Source: an uncultured Clostridia bacterium (GTDB lineage: Bacteria > Bacillota > Clostridia > Oscillospirales > UBA644). From it: DNA of 64,000 bases. Position 1 is the stretch's first letter, and each line of letters starts with the position of its first letter. Below the pieces are notes generated by a model that saw nothing but the letters and a program-made list of their open reading frames with translations, had not been told where the DNA came from and ran no database searches. Below are positions 35,780-43,013 of this stretch, piece after piece. The position numbers and the translations under genes are program-made. The stretch is taken from contig CAMZEM010000001.1 in assembly GCA_947305805.1 (NCBI GenBank), positions 1,172 through 65,171 of the forward strand. Direction: 5' to 3'.

Positions 35780-38758
35780 TTACTTCACCTCCAAATATCC
35801 GAGTGCCGGAACGGTTGCGCCGGATTCAAGCTCAACTTCGCTGCTGTTGTAGTTGATGTAAAGCTCGAGCGCGCCGTTGCCGTAAATTACGTGGAATACG
35901 TTGTTGATTTCAACTTTTTCTCCGTTTGCGTCCGTTGCGCCTTTAATGTAGGCGGTGGCGGTTTCGTGGAGAGTTATCTGCTCGGAGGTTACGCGGTCAA
36001 GCACTGAGGCAACCTCTTTGTATACCTCAACGGCTCTGTCAAAGCTGTCGGTATAGTGCAGAGAGTAGAAATCGTAGAATGTGGTGTTGTCAAATACGTC
36101 GTTTGAATCGTACATCCAGCGGAATATTACGCCGCTGCCCGTTTCGAGACATTTGAGTATCTGTGTTTCGTAGTCTGCCGAAGTATTGAAGGGTTCCGCG
36201 GCATACTGAATATGTCCGTGGAGGACCATCTGAATAAACGGTATCGAACCGGTCGAAGAAAGATATTCGCTTGCGCCTATCGGAAGATATACTATATGGT
36301 CGGCGTATTTCCAGGTATAGTCGTTACCGGTTGAAACGAGGATCTGATATCCGTCGTTGTAGAATGTTTCGAGCGCTTCGATATGAGCGTCGAGTGCCTG
36401 AGATCTGTTAAGAATATGTCCTACTCTGTAGTTTGAGTTAAGATCTCTGCCTATTTCACCGAGTGAAATCTGCTTGTTGTCTATAATCTTTTCAAACTCT
36501 GTCTTGTAGGATTTTGCGAGCGACGGGATTATGCCCGGGGTAAGAACCGTCTGGGTGTAAGTTGATCCTTCAGTCGTTCTGCCCGTTGCAAGGTTTCTCT
36601 GATATACGCGCGCTACGCGCATGTCAAGACGGCGCGCCGCATCGTTTGTATAGTTGAGAGCGTCCGTGAGTTTGTCTTTGTATACATACAGGAAGTCCGC
36701 CGAGGGGAAGAAGCCGACGTTGTTGGACTTCAGATACGATACAAGGTCGGTAAGCTCTGCCTTTGTGCCCATTTCGCTCATAAGCGCGGGAACGTTTGCT
36801 ATCGTGTTGTAATAACCTTCATTGGACCAGTAGAGGTAACGGACGTTTATATTCGCAATTCCCGAATCAATGAGGGCTTTTACGATTTCTTTCAGTTCCG
36901 TATAGCTTGTGAGGGCTTTCGTTGCGTCAACGGGAAGACCGCCGACGGACTCGTTCCTGTTTATCGCGCCTATCGCGTCGAGATAGAACGGTGTCTTTGT
37001 GCCCTTCGCAACCGTATCGGAAGGAAGAATGCCTTTGTTTATCAGGTAATTTCTGAACATCTCCGCATATTCGGAATACGTCATGTTACCGGGTGTGAAG
37101 AAATAGCTTACCTGGAAGTTTGCAACCTGTTTTTCCTTTGAAAGCACAACACCGGAAGAGGAGTTGTCGCTCATTATTACGTTGGACGAGCTGCTTGACT
37201 GACCGCCCGAATATGTTCGGTAGTCACGTTCGGAATAAACGAGGTCGTAGTTTATCGAAGCGCCGGGGTTGTTTGTGGAGTTGGACGGTCTTGCCGTGGC
37301 AAACGCCTGCGCCATACCGCCTTCAAGTATCTCCATGATTCCGCCGTAGTCCGACCTGTCGTAGATAAGATACGGAGATACGATCTGCATCATCTTGGTG
37401 GTCTTCGATTCTTCCTGGAACGTAAGGTCTTCACCGTAGATTCTTGCGGTGTATACCGATTGGGTTACGTAGCCCTTCGCCGGCATATACGCGCCCGAAC
37501 CGTCGCAGGTGATGATATACGGAGTATGCGAGAGCTTTGATGTGTCATCCATCGAGCCGAAAGCGCGCAGAAGCGAGATTTTATACATTTTCTGCTTCGA
37601 CGGCGCCTGAATGAGCGTGGAGTCGATATTTGCCGTAAGTCCGTCTTCCGTAAGAGTAAGGTCGAGCGGAATAGTAAACATAACGGCGCGTTCAGGTCCT
37701 GAATACTCAACGGCTTCCATCTCTTTTTTCAGCATGTCTACCGTAAATCCGGCAAGTTCCATTGCTTCTTTAACTATCTTTTTCTGTCTCGTGTTAAGAA
37801 CGCGCACGATATACATCGGGATGGCGTCGAGAAGAGGATAGTTTCTTATGAGACGTTCTCTGTCGCTCAGGTCGAGGTTTTCCGGGGTAACGTATTTGTA
37901 GTTTGTTACAAGGTCGCCTATTTTTTCCTCGCCGAGGGTCTGTGTGCCCTTCTCGTTCGGTTCCGTATGTTCCGTCAGACGTTCAACTATCCAGTTGTAA
38001 GTTTCAACGGTGATTACGGGAGGAACGAGGTCTTTATCCGGGTCGTTACCGATGGTGTAGATAATTCTGAGCTTGTTATCCGCCATTTTAACTACCTGAA
38101 TACGAAGGTCTTCAAGGCAGTTTTCGCGGAAGTTGAATTCGTAACGTTTGTTTGCAACGTCGTAAGCTTCCAGAGCAATGGGAGATACGATCGGGTTTAA
38201 AACCTGCATATCGGGAGCACCATGAACGTCTTTTGAAGGAGCTTTTACGTTTGCGTATGTGGAGTTTGCCTCATAGTTACTGTTTGAATGGTAAACATGA
38301 CCTGTTCTCTTGTCTTTGAGGGCAAAGTCCGTTACCGAGCCGCCGGCAACGCTGATGTCTATCTTGCCGGGGTTAAGATCCATATAAAGCTCGAAGTTGT
38401 CGTTTTCCATAATAAGGCTCATGTTTGTGATACCCTGTTTTACGGAAACGGAGTTGCCTTCTTCGTCATCATATGAATAGTTTGAAACATTCTTTCCTAC
38501 GGGTGTTGCGTATGCGGGGTCTACCGTCCAGGTATACTCAACGATATCAACGTCTTTTTCTTCGTCGTGGTGAACGCTTTTTACGTTTTCCGCAATTACA
38601 ACGCCGCCTTCTTCAAGCTTTGCGATATGTTCAAGACGCATGTCTTCGCTGATATACTCGGGAGATGAGTCCGCCTGGTCCGTACCGCAGCCTGCGAGAA
38701 CGGAAAGCGAGGAAAGAAGGATTACGGAAGCAAGAAATACAGATAAAACTTTTTTCAT
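35780..38758 (-). CDS. 992-aa lipoprotein of unknown function (probably the family annotated DUF5696; C-terminal half looks TIM-barrel/glycosidase-like)
   Basis: Lipobox SVLAGC within MKKVLSVFLASVILLSSLSVLAGCGTD. GGGAGGAGGAG SD. I recognise no catalytic motif. The DUF5696 label is from memory of similar loci and was not verified. Confidence 0.8.
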   Translation of the reverse strand: MKKVLSVFLASVILLSSLSVLAGCGTDQADSSPEYISEDMRLEHIAKLEEGGVVIAENVKSVHHDEEKDVDIVEYTWTVDPAYATPVGKNVSNYSYDDEEGNSVSVKQGITNMSLIMENDNFELYMDLNPGKIDISVAGGSVTDFALKDKRTGHVYHSNSNYEANSTYANVKAPSKDVHGAPDMQVLNPIVSPIALEAYDVANKRYEFNFRENCLEDLRIQVVKMADNKLRIIYTIGNDPDKDLVPPVITVETYNWIVERLTEHTEPNEKGTQTLGEEKIGDLVTNYKYVTPENLDLSDRERLIRNYPLLDAIPMYIVRVLNTRQKKIVKEAMELAGFTVDMLKKEMEAVEYSGPERAVMFTIPLDLTLTEDGLTANIDSTLIQAPSKQKMYKISLLRAFGSMDDTSKLSHTPYIITCDGSGAYMPAKGYVTQSVYTARIYGEDLTFQEESKTTKMMQIVSPYLIYDRSDYGGIMEILEGGMAQAFATARPSNSTNNPGASINYDLVYSERDYRTYSGGQSSSSSNVIMSDNSSSGVVLSKEKQVANFQVSYFFTPGNMTYSEYAEMFRNYLINKGILPSDTVAKGTKTPFYLDAIGAINRNESVGGLPVDATKALTSYTELKEIVKALIDSGIANINVRYLYWSNEGYYNTIANVPALMSEMGTKAELTDLVSYLKSNNVGFFPSADFLYVYKDKLTDALNYTNDAARRLDMRVARVYQRNLATGRTTEGSTYTQTVLTPGIIPSLAKSYKTEFEKIIDNKQISLGEIGRDLNSNYRVGHILNRSQALDAHIEALETFYNDGYQILVSTGNDYTWKYADHIVYLPIGASEYLSSTGSIPFIQMVLHGHIQYAAEPFNTSADYETQILKCLETGSGVIFRWMYDSNDVFDNTTFYDFYSLHYTDSFDRAVEVYKEVASVLDRVTSEQITLHETATAYIKGATDANGEKVEINNVFHVIYGNGALELYINYNSSEVELESGATVPALGYLEVK

Positions 38759-38774
38759 TGTCGTCTCCTCCTCC

Positions 38775-39455
38775 CTACTCGTTAATCCTGAAGCTTATTT
38801 CCGTGTAAAGCTGGATGATGAAGCCTGTCACCTGCGTTACAAGGAAAGCTATGAGGACTATAATGAATGCTATTACCGCCATACCGATTATGGAGAGGAT
38901 TGCGGTTGCGATCGCTTTTTTAACGGTGTACTGATGGGTTACGAGCATTCCTATAAATACCATGCCGTAGCACCATACGTAACCGAAGGCAACGATGAAG
39001 TTGTAAATACCTGATTCGGAAATCGTAACGAAATTCGAAAGAGGTATGGCAAGAAGGTTGCAAATCGAAAGGGGAATTGTCGAATATGCCGTTGCCGTGA
39101 AGATATCCCTGAATTTACCGTCGCCGTCCATAAGAGAGGTGAAGCACCAGTTAGCTATGATAAAGAGGATAAACGGAAGAACCGCTACCGCGATTTCATA
39201 GGGAATGTTGAGGTTCATCTGAGCGAACGGCTCGGTGAAAAGATATCCGGTAAGCTGTCTTTTAAGTATGGATGTGAGCGCTAAAACGAGGAAAAGGAAG
39301 ACGGCGCCCGGAAGATTGTGCCTGCGCGGGTCGTTTTTCAGTTCGTAAAAACCGTCAAACGGATGCGCGAGGATGTAAAACGCAAACGGAAGGCGTTTGA
39401 ACATCGTTTTGGTGCCTTCGCCGAGTCTCTTTGCGTAGTATCCGATTGATTTCAT
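38775..39455 (-). CDS. Yip1-domain-like polytopic membrane protein
   Basis: 226 aa with five predicted TMs. Pattern FYILAHPFDGFYELK...TSLMDGDGKFRDIFTATAYSTIPL resembles bacterial YIP1-family proteins. The start abuts the stop of the upstream gene (39456/39455). Confidence 0.6.
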   Translation of the reverse strand: MKSIGYYAKRLGEGTKTMFKRLPFAFYILAHPFDGFYELKNDPRRHNLPGAVFLFLVLALTSILKRQLTGYLFTEPFAQMNLNIPYEIAVAVLPFILFIIANWCFTSLMDGDGKFRDIFTATAYSTIPLSICNLLAIPLSNFVTISESGIYNFIVAFGYVWCYGMVFIGMLVTHQYTVKKAIATAILSIIGMAVIAFIIVLIAFLVTQVTGFIIQLYTEISFRINE

Positions 39456-41069
39456 TTATTTAGCCCCCCTTTTCTTCTTTTTGAGAGATTTGCGGACTAC
39501 AACCAATACGACAATACCTACTATCAGAACGATTATGCCTATGAAGATGAATGCAAAGTTCTTTGAAAGCTCTTCTTTTCTCAGTTCGCTGTAAGCTTTC
39601 GAGTAATTGTCCTTTTCTATCGCCTTCGAGAAGTAGCCGAGTGCGTTTTCGTAATGGTCAAATCTCGTTTCGTCGTAATTTGACATTGCCTGACGCATTT
39701 CCGCCTTGCCGAGGCCGATGTAGGCGATATACATATTGGAGTTGAAAGTTGTTACCTCTCGCCAGTATTCTGCGGCTTCTTCAAAATGTCCCGCAGCGTT
39801 TGCCGCAACGGCGGCATTTATAAGTCTTGCATATTCGGTTGTTTCGTAAACCGTTATGGACTTGTTGCCGATATCCGAGATGATTATGTGTTCGCCTCTG
39901 AGCGCTATGGAGTTTGCGGTTCTGAAACGTCCGTTCTGGTCCGTGCTCGATCCGCCGCCCATGTAAAGCATATTTCCGTCGGGGTCGTATGTGAAGAAAC
40001 GGCCCGAACGGGAGTCGATAATGGTGTATCTGCCGCTTTCGTTGTCAACGGCAACGTCCACTATCTGCGGAGAGTTGGTAAAGTAGAACATGAGGTCGCC
40101 GACCGGCGGATATTTGCCCTCACGTCTCAGAACGTCGGAGCCTGCGGGAGAGAGCTTCTTTACAGGAGCAAGAGCGCCGGACACGCTGCTGGAGTTGATT
40201 GCCGCAAGAAGCTCGGCTCCGCTTATGGTGCTTATTGTAGCGTAGATAAATCCGCGGTTGTCGATATTAATGTTGCTGTATTCCGTAGGAACGTATTTTA
40301 CAAGCTGCTTTTTCTGCTCGTCGGTAGCAATTACACGCCAGAACCAGTCTGCTGCGTTGTATGTTACCGGAGGCGCGCCGACGAACGAACGGAACGAACC
40401 GTCGTTGTCTATTTCAAGAAGACCTCTGTTTACGGCGTAGCCTATTGCGAGGAAAGAGCCCGTTCTGTCTACTACGATCTTTACGGGTTTGAACGCATAG
40501 TCGTTTATAACGTCTACTCTTACGCCCTGTACGACGCCCGAAACGTTTCCGTTTATATCGCACATTACTATACGTCTGTTCTGCGTATCCGCAACGTAGA
40601 GAAGTCCGTCTTCGTCAACGTAAATACCTTCGGGACCGTAGAACGTGTTTTTGTTGTGGGAAAGCATTTCGGAATCCTGATAGGGAGAACCGTCCGCATT
40701 TGTCTTTCCCGGGATATATGCGTAAAGCGCCGGAGCGTTTTTAAGCTCCGAAATAACCGATACAACCTGATAATCCTCGTCAACTACGATTACCCTGTTT
40801 CCGCCTTTGTCCACGATATAAAGGTATTCGCCTCTTACGAAGATATCCGAGGGCTGAAACTGTCTGTCAAGACCGAGGTCTTCGTAGCCGATAACCCTTA
40901 TCGCCTTGTAGGCGAGAGGCGCCTGAACGGGGATTCTGTTATAGTTGTATATATAGTTGTCGGCGATATCCGAGTTTATCGGAAGCGCCAGCGCGGGAAG
41001 CGCAACGGTTAAAGTCATGACCGTGAGGAGAACAAGCGTCAGCGCGGTTTTCAAAAATCCGTTTTTCAT
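39456..41069 (-). CDS. secreted NHL-repeat beta-propeller protein with TPR-like helical region and C-terminal TM anchor
   Basis: 537 aa. Signal peptide, NHL-like blades (GEYLYIVDKGGNRVIVVDEDYQV, LYVADTQNRRIVMCDINGNV, GEHIIISDIGNKSITVYE), a helical repeat region (AGHFEEAAEYWREV..GLGKAEM), then FAFIFIGIIVLIVGIVVLVVV-RKSLKKKKRGAK. Confidence 0.7.
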   Translation of the reverse strand: MKNGFLKTALTLVLLTVMTLTVALPALALPINSDIADNYIYNYNRIPVQAPLAYKAIRVIGYEDLGLDRQFQPSDIFVRGEYLYIVDKGGNRVIVVDEDYQVVSVISELKNAPALYAYIPGKTNADGSPYQDSEMLSHNKNTFYGPEGIYVDEDGLLYVADTQNRRIVMCDINGNVSGVVQGVRVDVINDYAFKPVKIVVDRTGSFLAIGYAVNRGLLEIDNDGSFRSFVGAPPVTYNAADWFWRVIATDEQKKQLVKYVPTEYSNINIDNRGFIYATISTISGAELLAAINSSSVSGALAPVKKLSPAGSDVLRREGKYPPVGDLMFYFTNSPQIVDVAVDNESGRYTIIDSRSGRFFTYDPDGNMLYMGGGSSTDQNGRFRTANSIALRGEHIIISDIGNKSITVYETTEYARLINAAVAANAAGHFEEAAEYWREVTTFNSNMYIAYIGLGKAEMRQAMSNYDETRFDHYENALGYFSKAIEKDNYSKAYSELRKEELSKNFAFIFIGIIVLIVGIVVLVVVRKSLKKKKRGAK

Positions 41070-41085
41070 CTTTTTTCTCCTTTCA

Positions 41086-42063
41086 TCAGTCTTTCATGCC
41101 GGAGGTGGACATCGTTTCGAGAATGTTCGACTGAGTTATTACGAACGTGATAACCGGAACAATCATCATTACGATGGATACCGCCGTTGAAACGCCCGCT
41201 CTCGCAATACCTGCGGCAGCTATCTGAGAAAGCGCGTATGCAAGTGTTTTGAGCTCTTCGCGGTAGATGAAGATCGATGAACCCATGTTCCAGAAATCCT
41301 GAACCGCGAAAACTATAAGGGTCATCCACGCGGGTTTGATGGAGGGCATGAGTATCTGCCAGAATATTCTGAATTCTCCCGCGCCGTCTATACGCGCCGC
41401 TTCGAGAACGCTGTCGGGGAACTGATCGATGAACTGTTTTACGAGATACATGGCGGTCGAGTTGCCGAGAGCGGGAATAAGGATGGCATAGTAAGTATCG
41501 ATCCAGCCGAGGTTAGCCATTATAATATAGTTGGCTATGGTGGCTGCCGGTGCCGCGAACATAAGTGAGAGGGTTACTATCTGGAAAATGAAATTTTTGC
41601 CTTTGAACTGACGCTTCGATACGGGATATGCGCACATCGAGGCGGATATCGTTCTGAGCAGTGTTCCGATAAGTGTGATGAATATCGTGTTAAACAGATA
41701 TTTGGACATCGGAACGAGCGAGTTGGACATTATATTGAAAAGGTCAATATAGTTTTTGAAGGTCGGGTTTTTAACTATGAGGTTCGGCGGGAAAAGCCAG
41801 AGCTCGTGAAGCGGTTTGAGCGACTGCGATATGGCGTATACAAGCGGGAACGCCATAAATGCGCCCGCAATGAGAAGGAACGCGAACATCGTAAGGTCGC
41901 CGCCGAACGATCTGTTTACCCTGTTATACTTGAAGAGCTTTTTCTTCTTATAATATATAAGGTGGCCTTCTTCGTCGTATTTCGGTCTGCGTTTAATAAT
42001 ACCGAAAAGGGGTTTTGGATTTTTGTATACAACCTGAACTTCTTCATCAATTCTTTCAGCCAT
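41086..42063 (-). CDS. carbohydrate ABC transporter permease (MalG-like), first pair
   Basis: 325 aa. EAA loop LEAARIDGAGEFRIFWQILMP, about 60-aa N-terminal cytoplasmic extension. AAGGAGG SD. Confidence 0.85.
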   Translation of the reverse strand: MAERIDEEVQVVYKNPKPLFGIIKRRPKYDEEGHLIYYKKKKLFKYNRVNRSFGGDLTMFAFLLIAGAFMAFPLVYAISQSLKPLHELWLFPPNLIVKNPTFKNYIDLFNIMSNSLVPMSKYLFNTIFITLIGTLLRTISASMCAYPVSKRQFKGKNFIFQIVTLSLMFAAPAATIANYIIMANLGWIDTYYAILIPALGNSTAMYLVKQFIDQFPDSVLEAARIDGAGEFRIFWQILMPSIKPAWMTLIVFAVQDFWNMGSSIFIYREELKTLAYALSQIAAAGIARAGVSTAVSIVMMIVPVITFVITQSNILETMSTSGMKD

Positions 42064-42084
42064 GGTAAAACCTCCTTTTCCTCA

Positions 42085-42993
42085 TTATTTACCGATACGT
42101 CCGAGCACGAACTGGAACAGCTTGTTCATCGTAAACGAAATTACGAAGAGCAGCGTTGCTATCGCGCAGGCGTAACCCATTTCAAAACGTACACCGCCGT
42201 AGTCGTCGAGGTGGTGCATTATGGTGTGCAAAGCGTAGTCTGTTGTCGGGAATCCGAATACCTGGGTAATTACACCGCCGATACCGAAAGAACCCGTAAC
42301 GTTAAGAATAGCGCCGAAGAGCAGCTGTCCGCGCATGGACGGAAGAGTTACAAAGTAAAGCTCCTGCCATCTGTTTTTAATACCGTCAACCGCAGCCGCC
42401 TCGTAAAGAGAACGGTCAACCGTCTGAAGACCTGCGATGAAGGTAAGGAACGTTGTACCGAGCGCCGACCACAGAACTATTACTACGCAGACGCCGAACA
42501 TGTAATCGGGGTCTTTAAGGAAGAGTATCGGGTCCGTTATAATGCCGAGGTTAAGCAGAAGACCGTTTATGTATCCGTAACGGTCGCCCGAGAAGAGCAG
42601 CTGCCATACGAAACCGAAACCGCCCGAAAGAGAAGGCGCGTAGAAAAGCAGGGTAAGGAACGCACGGGGCTTTGCGGGAACTTCGTTTATCAGCCATGCA
42701 AGACCGAAACAGATAATGTAGCTTATCGGGCCGGTTACAAGAGCAATAATAAACGTGTTCTGAATTGCGATTGAGAATATGTCGTCGTTAAGGAAGAGCT
42801 TCTGGTAGTTGGCAAGCCCTACAAATTCGGGCATTTCCAGCATGTTGAAGTTCGTTAAGCTGATAAACAGCGAGATAAATACGGGAAGGACCGTAAATGT
42901 AAAGAAAGTTACGAGGAACGGACCGAGGAATACTATAAGGTCAAGGTTCTCAAACTTTCTCTTACGCGAAAGGGAGCTTGTTTTGTTTTTCAT
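42085..42993 (-). CDS. sugar ABC transporter permease (MalF-like), first pair
   Basis: ORF 42085-43014. The ATG at 42993 (MKNKTSSLSRK) has GGAAGGAGGAA upstream, whereas the ATG at 43014 has no SD. EAA loop LYEAAAVDGIKNRWQELYFVTLP. Confidence 0.85.
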   Translation of the reverse strand: MKNKTSSLSRKRKFENLDLIVFLGPFLVTFFTFTVLPVFISLFISLTNFNMLEMPEFVGLANYQKLFLNDDIFSIAIQNTFIIALVTGPISYIICFGLAWLINEVPAKPRAFLTLLFYAPSLSGGFGFVWQLLFSGDRYGYINGLLLNLGIITDPILFLKDPDYMFGVCVVIVLWSALGTTFLTFIAGLQTVDRSLYEAAAVDGIKNRWQELYFVTLPSMRGQLLFGAILNVTGSFGIGGVITQVFGFPTTDYALHTIMHHLDDYGGVRFEMGYACAIATLLFVISFTMNKLFQFVLGRIGK

Positions 42994-43013
42994 CTGTATT
43001 TCCTCCTTCCTCA

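Noticed and set aside
39786-41012. 408-aa plus-strand ORF
   Set aside because: It is a codon-aligned antisense shadow of the NHL-repeat gene, with no SD and a low-complexity V/R/Y-rich product.
41806-42774. 322-aa plus-strand ORF spanning two permease genes
   Set aside because: It is an antisense shadow aligned with the codons of both permease genes. It crosses their intergenic gap, which a real gene would not mirror, and has no SD.
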